The notes beneath the pieces were generated by a model that did no database searches, was not told where the DNA came from, and saw only the letters and a list, made by a program, of their open reading frames with translations. From the NCBI RefSeq assembly GCF_009914755.1, contig NC_060934.1: DNA of 64,000 nucleotides; one strand, given 5' to 3'. Below, one piece after another: positions 1-14,862 of the stretch. The stretch's first letter is position 1, and each line of letters opens with the position of its first letter. The position numbers and the translations under genes are program-made. The DNA comes from the human T2T-CHM13v2.0 reference genome, Homo sapiens.

Positions 1-540
1 CAGGATATCTTGAAGTGGGCACTTAAAGGTCATAGGTGGATTCAGAGATTCTTTGATTTGCAATTGGTCAAGGAAGCAAGGCTTTCCTAAAAACTGAGGG
101 TCAGAGTAAAGGAGCCTTCACCTGTGGCCTGGAGGACTTGCTCCAGGCCCCACAGGAAGAAATTTAGAAGAAAGAATGGCAGTCAGGGTTTAGTCCTTAG
201 TTCCCCCTTATCTAGGTCCAAATGACAATGGTTGGCATTTTCCATTTGGCGGGGGGCCTGGGTTTCCAAAAACAACTCAAGGACATATGCTAGGTGTTAT
301 CTTTTAGTTTCTATAGGGATCCCAAACACTTTGTGACTCTGGTTCACTTGGGTGGCTATTGTTGAAGTTATTATTTCCTTCTTATTTAGCGGGTTATTTA
401 TTTACTTTCTTAATTGCTGATTATAGAGCTAGCTAGGTGCCTGGAATTTCCCTTGAAGAGACTCGAAATTTGTCCTTTATCTCCATGCCAGGGTTAAGGA
501 GGGTGGGAGTGGCAGGCCCCTAAGAGGGGTCCCTGCTAGG
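1..540 (-). mobile_element. ERV1-class solo LTR, MER39/MER4-group-like (runs off window start)
   Basis: Reverse strand from ~537 reads AGCAGGGACCCCTCTTAGGGGCCTGC...GGGAAATTCCAGGCACCTAGCTAG, resembling the recalled MER39-type LTR 5' end; also has the MER4-group block ggtcataggtggattca. Confidence 0.55.
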
Positions 541-3500
541 GTCTGTGGGCCACCTGCAAATATGATTCTAGCCTCATGTCAGCAGGACACACAGGTTTCC
601 TAAGTCTCCAGTGTATGGTTGTTTGTCACGTTCTCTGGCCTGTCTTTGAAGACGCTGCTGATATAATGCACATTTGTTGAGGTCGTAGTCTAGGCTGGAC
701 CCTGCCCAGCTGTTATGTGTAAGCTCACCACAACGCTTCAGGGTAGCAACAGTGGAGGAAACAGGATTACAAAAACTGGGTTAGTTTTTTGGCGGTGATG
801 GTAACCCTGTCTGGGTGATGCTGAGGCTAGCACTCCTCCTGCCTTTGCCTCTGAGCTTGTCTAGGCCTACAGGCAGCTCAGCAGCCAGCTCACTCTAATC
901 TCTAGGAAGAGGATCCTTGGAAAAATTGTCCTTTAGGACCTTGACAAGGCCACCTCTCCCCAAACCAACAGAGCCCAGTGCCAATCATCCATTGCCAAGC
1001 CGGCCTAATTTTCATGCAAAGAAAATGAATCCAGAAAGTCCATTCCTAGCATTCTCAACATCTCTTCTGACTCTATATTTTGCTAATCAGTAGATTTTAC
1101 TGATTTTTGCTTGGAGATTTTTAGAGACCCAGCAGATTCACTCTAGGAAATCAAATTCATTCAGCAAACAGGCAAGTCCTGTTTAATCATTGGCCAGGCT
1201 CAAAATCATCTCAACAGTAACTCACTTTACCTGAGTTAAATTGCACCTTTTCTGGAAAAGAAATTCCTAACATTGAGCTGTCTTGAAAATTCCATACCAT
1301 TGTTGGAACTCCCAATCCAAAAATTTATAATTGGTCCTGCTGGTTAACCACTAACAAATCAGCTAAATGTGAAGTTGACCATATCAACCCTATTTTTCCA
1401 TAAATTGGAAATTTCCTCTGGAATCTCATCTTTCTTAACCATGACCTTGCCTGCCCCACTCCGTACCCCCTGCCTTCTGCTACCTGAAGAGTCACTCACT
1501 GAAAGATGAAAAGGTACTTATCTTGGATTTTTCTTCTTAAAATAATCGGAAAAAACTTTTTTTATTATAAAATATAACCACATTAAGGAAGATTTGGAAA
1601 ATGGAAGAAGAAAAAGAAAAACACCTATAATCCTAGCAAACTGCATCCACTAACGGTTTGTGGAAGAAGTCCACATTGTTGCCCTTAAGATGTTAAAACT
1701 GAAACCTGTCTCAGTGTGTAACCAGGGAGACGCATGTCCTGGGCTCTTGGAACCCGCTGAGGACCAGCTGACACCAGTGCCAGGCCACCACACCTGCCCT
1801 GGGGGCAGTGTCCTGTTCTGTGTGTGCATATGTGTGTGTGTTTCCTCTTTACTTCACTCTCTTTATTGACGTTCATTCCTTTCATTTTCCACTTTACTTT
1901 TGGTTTTGTTTTTCTGCATTTCCTTCCTTTGTAACAGGTGTCTTTCAGTATCATGTTCTTAGATTCCATGCATGCTGGAGGACCTGGATGAATAGCAAAT
2001 GGAAATTGCCCATCTGCTTAGGGAAAGATGGCGCATATGAGCACCAAGGTTTACCCAATGCCAGGAACACACACCTTGCTGGAATTAGTAACATTTTCAC
2101 TGCCTCAAACAACTGGCAAAAAAATCTGTGATGATATCTCTCCCTTAATATAATACCCTTTGTATTGTATTTGTGCAAATACTACTTTGTGGCCCAATAT
2201 TTCTGAATGGGCAATGGTCAGAGGCTTCAAAAGTGTAAATCCCTTTCTGAGTCTCAGTTTACCCATCCGTAAATGTGAGGCCCTTCAGGTGGACCTTCCC
2301 TGGCTTCCAGGCCACCCCAGCTCTCCTCAATGGAAGCTGTGCCTGTGAGACCCCCAATCCCAGGCTCAGCCCTGCTCTAGACTTCGGGATCCATGCTGTC
2401 CTGAGACAGGTGGGAATTGGAAAGCTTCAGTCCCTCATTTCAGGATTGGCTGTCTGATTCAGCCCTAACGTCTCTAGCCCAGTTCAGGAAACTGGGCCTG
2501 GATCCAATTTATTTAGGCAGCAAACACAAATGGGTCCCTGCCCAGAGCAGAGGAGCTAGTCTACAGGATGGCAGGTAACTTATGACCTGTGTCATCTTCT
2601 TAATAAGATGAGCTGGGCCAATCCAATTACTTTCTCAGAAAGTCTGCATGAGAAAACTAAAATTTTGGAAGAGTTGGCTGCGGGGATGAATCACAAGTTG
2701 ATGTAGAGGGGCCCAGGGAGGTTGTGCTGGCTCACGTGTAGGCTGAGGAGGGAGTAGAGACTGGGGAGCTAGGGAGGGAAGAGATCTGGGTGGGCAGACT
2801 CAAAGAGAGGTGGAAAGATGTCACTAGATGGGAGTGATCAGGGGGGTCTCCAACCTTTACCACCATATCTGTGAGATCCCTGCTGCTGGAATCCTGGACT
2901 CCTGAGCCTGTTGTACTTCTGGTGGACCTTCCTTTACTTCAGCTAATGTGGGTGAGTTTCTGTTTCTATTTGAATTACTTAAAATCAGAAAAAAGAAAGC
3001 CCTTGGATCTAGCCCTACATGCTACATTTGTGGAAAGTGAGGACCACCGCAGTCAAGTCACTTGCTGAGGACCCCCAGTGATACCCCAGGGTCCCAATCA
3101 CAACCCTCTATGCAATGGCCTTTGAGTTACAGAGCTCAGGAGGACAACTGTCCCATCTTTAAGCTAAACACAAATCATTCTGTTTCTAAATATGACCCCC
3201 ACGGAATGACCTGAAAGCCTCTTGGCATCTCATTAGTGTTTCAAGGGTACATGGAGCCCTGTCTGTGAGAAAGCACAAAGATCTGATTTTGCAACTGTGA
3301 GACACTGAATACCGCGGCCCATTTCTATCTGGATCCTACCTGGAACTGCACTAATCCCAATAGCCTCACTGATGACCTTAGCAAGCAAGAGCAATTGCTA
3401 AAGAATACAGTGTATTTGCTGAGTCCAAAAGCAATTTTGTTTTAGCTTTCTCATTTGGCCAGAGGAGTTGGCATGCATAAGTGTTGATTCAATTTTGCTC

Positions 3501-3607
3501 TCTGGTTGAAATAGAAGACTCAGGAAAATTAAACATGTTTGTGAAATCTAAGCATACTTTATCTATAAATGCCCACATCCTAATATTTTTGGTTTAATTT
3601 TCAGTTA

Positions 3608-3830
3608 ATCATAACAGCTAATATTTATGGTATGTTTACAATGTTTGAGGAACTTTTAATTAATAATCACATTTAATCTTCACAATAATTCTATAAGACA
3701 CGTATAGTATTAAAGAAACTATAATAATTACTATATGGAAGGGGACCTCCCTGTAACTTGCCCAAGAGGCATAGCCAGGAAGTGGCAATGCCAGGTTCCC
3801 ATCTCAGAGGCCCATTCTCTCCCAACCTTT
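3608..3830 (-). mobile_element. MIR SINE relic
   Basis: ataacagctaatatttat...atttaatcttcacaataa...taacttgcccaag...agccaggaagtggca matches the MIR core. Confidence 0.6.
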
Positions 3831-5017
3831 TAGCCATATAGCCCCAAAGGTGGTTAGCTAAGGAAACAGATGATTGCTTGTTTGTTTGAGTTACAGACAG
3901 TGAAGATAATTCAAGAATTTGTAATTGCTCATCCCTGCTGGGGGATATTAGCTAGACATTAGCTGTAGCATGTGAATCATGACACTTGTTTCTGGCTGAG
4001 TTATTACCTATGCACAATGGTGCTCACCAGCTTGCCAGCTTGGTTTAGAAAGTTTGGGGAGAAGATGGTGCACACTGCTTCCAGTTGCTTCCCACTGCTG
4101 ATGGCTCAACTGGGGATCCAGGGCCCCCACCTACCCTCAATTGTTAGCAGGCAGTCCCTGGCTTCAGTTTTATATCTGAGTTGTGACCCTGGGACGATTT
4201 GGGGGATGTTGATGTATCACAGCCCATGAACTCTTCAGACATCCTCTGGGAACACCGACCTGCTAACCAGTTGGAGGGAGTGGTAGACACTTGGCAAGCC
4301 TCCACACATTGTGCACTGGGGTCCTCGCCCTGGACAAGGTCCAGAGGCAGCACCTGCATGCGGGGTGTCTTCCTTGTCCCTGCTCTTGCTGCTCTGCCAA
4401 AGATGCACATCCAAGGACCATCCCCATACCCCCAGCAGGGAGGCGAACAGATTTATAGCAAGATCCAGGGAGGTGTTGCAGGGGGAAAGGGGAGGCCAGC
4501 CTGGGCTCTGCCTCTATCTGCTGAGCAAGCCACCGCCCCTCTCTGTGCCTCAGCTTCCTTGCCTGTCAAAAAGAAGGGGCAAGAGTATCCTGGGGAGAAG
4601 GAGGGGGCTCAACTGTGACTTAGTGAGGCAGAAACGCTGCCTGGTTTATGCGGGGTATGAGGCTGGCCTAGCACCCATCTCCTGGCAGGTACATCTCAGG
4701 ATACACAGGGCCTTCATTTTCACTATGAAATTTGAAGTGAATATTGTCATTCTTGTGCTTAAAGCCATAGATGGGAAAGCGCTTTTCATCTATTAAAAAA
4801 ATTCTCAGCTCTCATCACATCCCTCTACCACTCTGTATTCAAACCAGGGAGGATTTCATTACTCCTCAAGCCCCACTGGGCACCTTCCGCCCCGTCTCGT
4901 GCTGTTCCCCTCTATCCTTCCTTCAGGGGTCAGGCAAGCCCCATCTGATTCCCTCCACTGGGATTCGTCTCTCCTCCTCATGCTCCCCGGCAGCTGTATT
5001 ACTCTGACTTGTGCTTG

Positions 5018-5085
5018 ATTCATTCATTCATTCATCATTCATTCATTCATTCAACAAACACACTGTGAGTGCCGGCTCTGTGTCC
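5018..5085 (-). repeat. (CATT)n microsatellite forming an L2 3' tail relic
   Basis: attcattcattc... followed by caacaaacacactgtgagtgcc, typical of a reverse L2 3' end. Confidence 0.6.
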
Positions 5086-5762
5086 TAAAGACACAAATCA
5101 AAGATGGGACAGAGAAGAAATGGATGAAGTGGAGAAAGCAAAGGTGAAGGTACAGAATAAGTCTAGACACATTTCCAAACTCTCTCCATCCAGACTTTTA
5201 AAATTCTATGTGTTTATATTTCTATGCCATATAGAATTCTGTTCTCTTTTTTAGGAATTAACATTTGTATCCTTTCCATGGAATACTCGTTAAGAATACA
5301 TCAAACGCATGCGGTACAAATGAATACTTCGAGGACAGCCTGATGATTACATGACACCTGGAGATTTCCATGGGGACCTGTGTGGCTTGCCGTTCCAGTT
5401 CTGTCCTCTCCGGGGCTTGGGAAGGTTCCACCCAGCTGGACCCCGCCCACGGGCCCACCTGGTGCCATGCATGGAGAGGTGAACACGGCTCCCAAGGCCA
5501 AGCATGACAGAACTGGGCAGAAAGAGACTCGGACCATTTTTCAGGAGCGATGACCATCTGCGGACAAGGCCAACCAGCCTTCCTGTCCTAAGAGTCCCAT
5601 TTGTCCAATAAAACTACTTAAATAAAAGCACCACCCCTCTCCATGGCCCCCCGCCAGAAACTACAGGAAGGGATGGTTCCCTTACCAGATGGTTTCCACT
5701 TTGATTTCTCCGACTTCCAAGTACCTGTGCCTGTGCCCCCATCCCTGCACCAGAAACCTGGC

Positions 5763-5789
5763 GGGGGTCCAGGGGTGGGGTGGGCAGGG
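5763..5789 (+). other. Canonical G-quadruplex motif
   Basis: GGGGG-tcca-GGGG-t-GGGG-t-GGG-ca-GGG: five G-runs with short loops. Confidence 0.6.
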
Positions 5790-6828
5790 CAGAGGTCACA
5801 GTAAAGCCCTTGAGCTCCCCTCTGCACCTCTTAGTGGTCCCCCATCTGCTCCGCCCGTTGCCTGAGCCCATTTCCCCCACTGGTCCTTGCCCCCGCCACC
5901 CAGTGCTTCTCTTCTCTAACCCAGCCCCCAGGAGAACTTGTTGACGAACCTTATACTGCACAGTGGTCACAGATAAGGCTGTGCCATCATTCTCACCTCT
6001 AAAATGCTGGCATGCAAATGATGGCAAAATCTGGGGGCAGGCTAAGCTGTTGCTGAAGCATGGCAGCCCTGGAGGCTGGTTTCTGTGGCAGGGCATGCAG
6101 CCACCTGCACAAACCTCACGTCCACAGTGCCAGGCGTCAAAAGGACAACGTATCCACAGTTCCCTTATGCAGTCCTAATATTGAAAATCAGAGCCACAAC
6201 CTCCCCTCCCCACCCAACTCCTGCAGTCTGAGATGATACACCCCCCTCCACCGGAACACAGGACCCTCTAGAGTGCAAAGTGCCCCATGTCACCAAGCAA
6301 AGAGGGAAAGGAGGCACTGGCTGGGCCCAGTGGGCAGGTTAGGCAAACTCCAAATGTCTGGCTCTTGTACTGCACTGTAAGAACTTGGGCCCTAGGGTAT
6401 AAGGGGCCCATTCCGGTTCAGTCCAGCCTCCCCCGGGACCCGAGAAGCTCAGAAAGTGCTTGCTGGTGAGCAATGAGCCTAGGATGAGGGTCTGTATGTC
6501 AGAGTTGATAAGTCGGGGAGGAGTCCTCAGGAAAAGAAACATGTTTCCCATAAAATGTGACCAGAGCCAGGAGAAAGAACTCTCAATGGCAGGGTTCCCC
6601 GACCAGTACCAGTTGGTGGCCTGTTAGGAACCAGGCCACACAGCAGGAGCCCAGATGAGCAAGTGAAGCTTCATTTGTATTGACAGCCCCTCCCCATCAC
6701 TTGCATTACCGCCTGAGCTCCCTGCCCCCTGTCAGATCTGGAGTGGCATTAGATTCTCATAGGGGCACAAACCCTATTGTGAACTGTGCATGCAAGGGAC
6801 TAATTTGCACGCTCCTTATGAGAATCTA

Positions 6829-6963
6829 GCCTGGGCACGGTGGCTCATGCCTGTAATCCCAGCACTTTGGGAGGCTGAAGTGGGAGGATCACTTAAGTCT
6901 AGGAGTTCAAGACCAGCCTAGGCAACATCATGAGACCCCTGTCTCTACACATAAAGAAAAAAA
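6829..6963 (+). mobile_element. Alu left monomer (FLAM/AluJ-like)
   Basis: Single Alu arm ending in an A-rich tail; TSD gagaatcta at 6820-6828 and 7263-7271. Confidence 0.85.
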
Positions 6964-6966
6964 GAG

Positions 6967-7257
<291 letters not shown>

Positions 7258-7708
7258 AGAGAGAGAATCTAATGCCTGATGATCTGTCACTGTCTCCTAT
7301 TACCCCCAGAAGGGACTATCTAGTTGCAGGAAAATAACCTCAGGGCTCCCACCGATTCTACATGATGGTGAGTTGCATAATTATTTCATTACACATTACA
7401 CTGTAATCATAACAGAAATAAAGTGCACAATAAATGGAACGTGCTTGAATCATCTGGAAACAATCCCCTCCAGCCTTGGTGTGTGGGAAAATTGTCTTCC
7501 ACAAAACTGGTCCCTGGTGCCCAAAAGGTTGGGGATGGCTGCTCTCTGGTACAGGGGAGAAGGATGCTAGTGGGGCCTGTCCCCAGGCACAGCACGCAGG
7601 GCAGCTGGGCCCACCTTATCCCTCTTATTCTCCTGTTATGCCTTCGACTCATTTTATTTTCCTTCCTAGACAGCCCATAAAGTCTATGAGGTCAGGACCA
7701 TGTCCTGC

Positions 7709-7942
7709 CAGTTAATCTCCACACACAGCATAGTGCAGCAATGTGGTCAGTTATTCTCCACACGCAGCATAGTGCAGCAATGTGGTCAGTTAATCTCCAT
7801 ACACAGCATAGTGCAGCAATGTGGTCAGTTAATCTCCACACGCAGCGTAGTGCAGCAATGTGGTCAGTTAATCTCCATACACAGCATAGTGCAGCAATGT
7901 GGTCAGTTAATCTCCATACACAGCATAGCACAGCAATGTGGT
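7709..7942. repeat. Minisatellite, 6 x 39 bp (CAGTTAATCTCCAYACRCAGCATAGTGCAGCAATGTGGT)
   Basis: Six head-to-tail copies counted directly, 0-3 substitutions each. Confidence 0.97.
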
Positions 7943-7994
7943 AAGTGCTTTAGAATTCTTTTGTTAGTGAAAACAAAAAAGAGTGAAGGAATGA

Positions 7995-8358
<364 letters not shown>

Positions 8359-10094
8359 TAGTTACAGGGAATCTATTCACCTTTCATCTTATTTATTAAA
8401 ACCAACTTTGTGGACTAAAATCAATGATGCATTTAAGTCATTCATCTACCGAGCTTTTATTTAGCACCTACTCTGTACTTTTTTTATGCAGGAGTTTACC
8501 AGCCCAGAGGGAACTTTGTATCTGAAGACATTCTTAGACTGTTGGGCCGTGTTCTAAAAAATCAATTCCTGGAATCCCAGCAGTCATATAAGTAGAAAAA
8601 GAGAAATTGACAGTCCTTCCAATTAAGCACCCTTGTAGGATTTATTTTTTCCCTATAGTGAAATGTATTCAAGAACGACAAGACATCAATAGATTCCTAT
8701 GTTTTCAAACATCTCTCCGAAAATCCAAACCGTAGACCACATCTTCCTTTCTGTCCAAACAGGTAATTATACTTTGTGTATTAAAGCCTTATATCTTTGA
8801 CCTATCCAGTGCACAAAAAACAGTTTAACCTTTAAACCAAGTCATGTACACCATTTTACTCCTAGAAAGTTGAATTTATGTTATTCCGTCAAATCAGTAT
8901 CAACCTGACCTTTAAACACATCAGTGTTTCTTGGAAAAATATTATGGCTGGGATGGCTACCACGGTAAACAATATTAGCTGCTCTACCCAGTGCTGAGCC
9001 GTGCTGTGCTGTAGCTTATCAGATCAGGGGGTGGAAGTCAGCAGGGACCAGAGCTCTTCTGACAAACTCTACAGGATATGAAGAACAATGTAAATGCACC
9101 AGAGTTGGCAGATATATTTCTATATTACTGTTCCGGAGATAACAGCTAAGGTGAATCATTTCCTACCACCTACCATTCCAAATTATTTCAAATTCTGAAG
9201 GGACTCTATTTATTTCATTGGTAGCTAGCAATTTACTTAGCTGAAGATCATTATATTTATGTGTCTGTGAAATCCTCACAATAATTACACATTTGAGCCG
9301 TCTCAGATGTGCTATACGTATTCTCATTAGTCATATACTTGCAAGGATAGTATCACATTTTTCTGTAGCAACCTTGACAACGTACACATAAAGCGCCCAA
9401 CTGGATGCGAACTTTGATTCTCATGGTTTTCCTAGGTATCATATTTATCAAACAGCAGGATGCCTTCATTCACATGCAAATGCTTACAGAAAGCTGGAAA
9501 ATAGTCTTAATTTCTCTTTTCTCTAGATCACTTGGGTGCTGCAGTCCTGGAAGATATTGTATTGGGCAGCAGGGAGAGCAAACCTAGCTGAGATCTAAAA
9601 TTACTTTAGGAGCTTACCAAAAAGTTCCATAATGGGAAATATTTATAAGACAGCACACTTCCTTCCAAAGCATAAAGTCATTGCAGGATAAGTGCAAGGC
9701 ATTTGTAATTTCCAGTGCTGTCAAGCAAGTGCCCCCAGGTTGAATCCTGGACAATATTTATGAGGCTGGTTGGTTTATCCAAAAGGTCTATTTTGTCATT
9801 TTAAAGTCAGGGATTATGAAAGAGAACAGACTGCCTGGTGGTTTTGCCCATTTCTGCCCTCCCCGCATTTATTTCAGAAGCTATTGTTAGTGTAAACACG
9901 GTGATTCTCAGAACATCTCTAACCTTGACAGCAAATAAGAACAATTCTCCCTCCTGAGCAATGATCCCAAGAGAACATGGGGATTCATTCAGGTGCCAAA
10001 GAATATTGTTGAACCACTGAGCTCATGACAGAGACACATCCTCATTTGCCATAGCGTCTCAGAACACATGTGTGCTCACTGGGTTTACATGTGA

Positions 10095-10220
10095 CTCCCC
10101 GACTAGCTGGTAGGCCCTGGGAGCATAAGACCTCTATCTGCTCATGTCCACCTTTGCATCCCTAGCATCTAGTATAGTGCCCAGCACATAGTCAGTGCTC
10201 AATAAATATTTACTGGGTAA
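10095..10220 (+). mobile_element. L2 3' end fragment
   Basis: catccctagcatctagtatagtgcccagcacatagtcagtgctcaataaatattt. Confidence 0.7.
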
Positions 10221-10679
10221 GCAAATGACTGAGGCAATGAGCTGAACCGCCTCCATGCCGTAAGCCTTTTCATGGGGAACTATAACCCTGTCTCGAGTTT
10301 GGACTGTCTGAGGCTGAGTCACATGACTTTCCCACAGAAGATTGAAGCCAGAGTGAGAATTCGAGTCTCCAGAGCCAGCAGGTGCCATCACCTTCTTCCA
10401 TGCATGAAATGATGGTTTAATGAGTACCTACTATGAACCCAAAGCTGTGCCAGTCATAGGAGCAGCTACGGTCAACGAGTCACACAGATCTGGCTCTCAC
10501 AGAGCTTGGAGACTGATGAGGAAACAGGTTTAGCAACAGCTCACAGGAAAGGATATTCCAGAGCGGGGAAAACAGTCACTAAACAAGGACACTGTTCACA
10601 ATAAAGAGAAAGGAGGATGTGGGTCCTGTGAGTGTTGCTGTATGTGAAACCACCCCAAAGCTTGGGTCTTAGAGGGGAG

Positions 10680-10815
10680 TTTGTGGGTGGTGGAAATGTC
10701 CTATAGATTGGTTGTGATGATGGTTTCATGACTATACATTTGTCGGGAAAACTCATTGAACTACTGAAAAGGGATGCGTTTTACTAAATATAAATTGTAA
10801 CTTAGTAAACTGACT
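10680..10815 (+). mobile_element. Old L1M (ME/MB) 3' end fragment
   Basis: ggtggaaatgtcctata...gatggtttcatgactatacatttgtc...aaaactcattgaact. Confidence 0.6.
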
Positions 10816-11077
10816 GTTACAATTAAACAAAAAACTTTAAAGAATGAAAACAACAGTCATTGATTATGCTCACAAATACTATGGGTTGGGAATCTGACGT
10901 GGAAAAACTTGTCTGTCCTCCACGAAGCCTGGGACCTCAGCTGGGAAGACCCATAAGCTGGAAATGACCAAGTGGCTGAGGGCTAGAGGGACCAGGAACT
11001 CCCTACATGTCTAGTGTCTGGGCTACGGGCTGGTGTGACTGGAAAACTAGACTGCCCCCTGGAGCACCCCTATTTCA

Positions 11078-11605
<528 letters not shown>

Positions 11606-11769
11606 CTTTTAAACTAAACAGGGGAAGGGGTTGGAGAGGTGGGAGAGGGAACATTCTCTGTGTGGAGTTGTGTGGTTGGTTGGTGGCCCTATGTTTTGTT
11701 TTGACAATTCAATGGTGTGAAATGGAATCACATTATGGTTTTAATTGCCTGAGTTCAGTGTCTTCAGAT

Positions 11770-12182
11770 GTGTGGCAGACACTGCTAGCTAGTCACCCAG
11801 CACGGTTCCTCTTTTTCTTGGGCACAGTTAAACTATATTTCCCAAGCTCAACTGCATTCAGCTGTGGCCTTGAATGGTGATCTAACCAACAGAATGTGAG
11901 TAGCAACCTGCTACCATCCCCAGGTCCAGCCCAGGAAAACCTCCCATGCGGGATCCTTCTCCTTCTTTTCTTTTTCCAGCTGCTTAATTCCTACGGCAAC
12001 TTTGGAACTACCATATTGAAGATGGCAGAGCCTCCAACAGCCAGGAACCCTGTGAGCTGTGAAGAGAGAACTTTGCCCCTCCCTTCACCAGCCTGGAACA
12101 TTTGCCCTGTTTATATGAGCAAGAAAGAAACGTCTGTTGTGGGGACACACGTTGCAGCAGCAACCCCATCCTAACTCACACC
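11770..12182 (+). mobile_element. MLT1 (J/K-like) MaLR solo LTR
   Basis: tgtggcag start; tatttccca...ccaacagaatgtgag; gaagatggcagagcc; gttgcagcagc 3' end. Confidence 0.65.
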
Positions 12183-12277
12183 ACATGTTTATTGATCATT
12201 TGGTTTCTCCTGAGAATTACCTGCTCAGACTCTTCACCAAATTTAGTATGGGGTTATATTCTTTCATTTGTCTGTAG

Positions 12278-12811
12278 TGAGATATGAGTTTGGCAGGACT
12301 GGTTTCACAAGATACAGGTCACGAAGACCCTGCTGATAAAACAGGACGCAGTCAAGAGGCTGGACAAAACCTGCCAAAACCAAGATGGTGATGAAAGCAA
12401 CCCCTGGTTGCCTTACTGCTCATTATGCGTTTATTATAATACATGAGCATACTAAAGGACACTCCCACCACTGCCATGACAGCTTACAAATGCCATGGCA
12501 ATAGCTGGAAGTTATCCTAAATAGTCTGAAAGACTGGGGAACCCTCAGAGAATTCCCTGCCCCTTCCCGGAAAACTCATGAATAATCCACCCCTCATTTA
12601 GCATATGATCAAGAAATAACCATAAAAATAGCCAACCAGCAGCCCTCAGGGCTGCTCTGCTTATGGAGTAGCCACCCTTTCATTCCTTTACTTTCTTAAT
12701 AAACTTGCTTTCACTTTACTCTGGTGGCTAACTCTTCAATTCCTTCCTGCATGAAGCCAAGAACCCAGATGGCCTCCCAGGCTGAACCCCAATTTGGGGG
12801 TTCTGTATATC
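12278..12811 (+). mobile_element. MER41-family ERV1 solo LTR (MER41C-like)
   Basis: cacaagatacaggtca...ctgataaaacagg...ccaagatgg...catgaataatccacccc...cttaataaacttgctttcacttt are MER41 hallmark blocks. Confidence 0.85.
12564..12572. promoter_or_regulatory. GAS (STAT1) motif TTCCCGGAA inside MER41
   Basis: Exact TTCN3GAA match at the position of the known MER41 GAS sites. Confidence 0.6.
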
Positions 12812-12814
12812 CTG

Positions 12815-12972
12815 CCGTTTTCAAAGTGTGATCTTTGGAGCAGGGCATAAACTGCACCTGAAGTCTTGTTAGAAATGCAGACTCTCAGGCCCCACCCAAA
12901 CCTGCTGAATCGGAACTTGTGTTTCAAAAGATCTCCTGGCGATGCCCATGCATATTGAAGTTGAAGAAGCTC
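12815..12972. mobile_element. MER5A (hAT-Charlie MITE)
   Basis: ttcaaagtgtg...ttgttagaaatgcagactctcaggccccacccaaacctgctgaatcggaac. Confidence 0.8.
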
Positions 12973-12999
12973 GGCTTCAAATGTTCTGAAATAATTCTT

Positions 13000-14260
13000 C
13001 CTCTTTTCTATGCGTTGAATTCATTTTCTGCCAATTTGTAGCAACTTTTGCATTTTGGGGATCTATCTTTTCATGTACAGATTTTTTTAAAATTTTAACC
13101 TTGTAGTATTTGCCAATATTTTATGTTATGGTTTGTTTGCCCTCTTTGTCACTTAAATCCTTCTCTTCCTGAGATCACACAGATATGATGCTATATTTTC
13201 TTCTAAAAGTTTTTAGTTTTTCTTTTCACGATTGTTCTTTCATCTGGAATTTACATTTGTCTCTAGTGTGCTATAATGCTCTCATTTTATTTTTTCATAT
13301 TGATAATCAATTATCCCAGTGTGGTTCATTGAATTATCCACCCATTGCCTCCTGACTGGTAGTGTCACTCGAGTCATAGGTGCTATCTTACGTTTCCGTG
13401 GATGTGTGGTTCTGGCCTCCCTATGAATTTTTCAGTTGTGTAACCTGCCTTTTTTTCATTTAATCGTATATTGTGAACATTTTTTGGCAACATTAGCAGT
13501 TCCTGTACAATGCAAATTTTAATGGCTGCCTAGTATTCTGCCATACTTTATTTTGTTAGACAGTTATGTTGTTTTCAGTTTTACTCTATTGTAAATAACA
13601 CTGGGGTTAATATCCTTCACGCAATCTTTGTACACATGCATATTGATTTCCTTATGATAAATTCTTTGAGTGAAATTACCAAATAGGCATATTTTTAAAG
13701 TAGTTGATAGATACTGCCAAATTGCCCTCCAGAAAAATTGTACCAATTTATATTCCCACCCGTTTCCTGCCACTTTCCTCAACATTTTAATACCTCAGCA
13801 TTCAAATCCCTGCCAATTTCATAACCTGAATAAATAAAAAGACATGCTATTGTTGTAATCCATGTGTCTTTGATGACAACAGAAGGCAAATATTTTTTAG
13901 ATGTTTATTGGCCTTCTGTATTTACTTGTTTTAATGTGTGTGTGAGACTGTCCAGTTCTAAGCCCGTTTTTTATTTTTTCAGTAGGTGCAGGTATCTTTT
14001 TCTTATTGATGGATAAAGCTATTTATATATGAAAAATTTAACTCTTGCCTAGGCTTATTGCAAACTTTTTTTGCAATTTGCACTTTGCCTTTTACTTTTG
14101 CATATGGTGTTTTTTTTTTAATGAGCAGAAGCTTTAAATGTTGACAGGGTCAAATTTTGCAATGTTTTTCCTTAGTATTATGCTAAAAGAAAAATATAAG
14201 CCCTACCTCCAAATTATCCCTCTATGTTTTCTTTCTGTTCTTTTAGATTTTGTTTTAAAT
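13000..14260 (-). mobile_element. Old L1M (ME/MC) fragments
   Basis: T-rich decayed ORF2/3' sequence; reverse translation GNGWEYKLVQFFWRAIWQYL resembles the ORF2 C-terminus. Confidence 0.7.
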
Positions 14261-14479
14261 GTTTTACTGTTAAAAGGAAATTGTCCCTCAGGTCTCTGCT
14301 TGTGTTTTTTCTGATTTCCCCAGTCAGGTAAAATGCCTCCTGAATGCCAGATACCTGCTGTCATAGCACTTTGCACAATGGCAGTATTTTCTGCTTGTGT
14401 GATTCTTTGATTAATGTTTGTGGCCTACTGTAGCATGCGAGCCTCATGAAGAGGGCAGCACTGTCTCTTTTCCACTCCC

Positions 14480-14862
<383 letters not shown>

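Noticed and set aside
1840-2131. Plus-strand exon after a strong pyrimidine tract (gtaacag|G at 1938)
   Set aside because: No convincing donor or partner exon, and the peptide is unrecognisable; could be a lncRNA exon but is unsupported
4144-6178. Overlapping 88-161 aa ORFs
   Set aside because: GC-rich chance ORFs on both strands with no domain signature or splice structure
7709-7942. CRISPR-like array or repetitive protein (ORFs 7692, 7700, 7741)
   Set aside because: Units are contiguous with no unique spacers, the context is eukaryotic, and the ORFs follow from a 39-bp unit lacking stops
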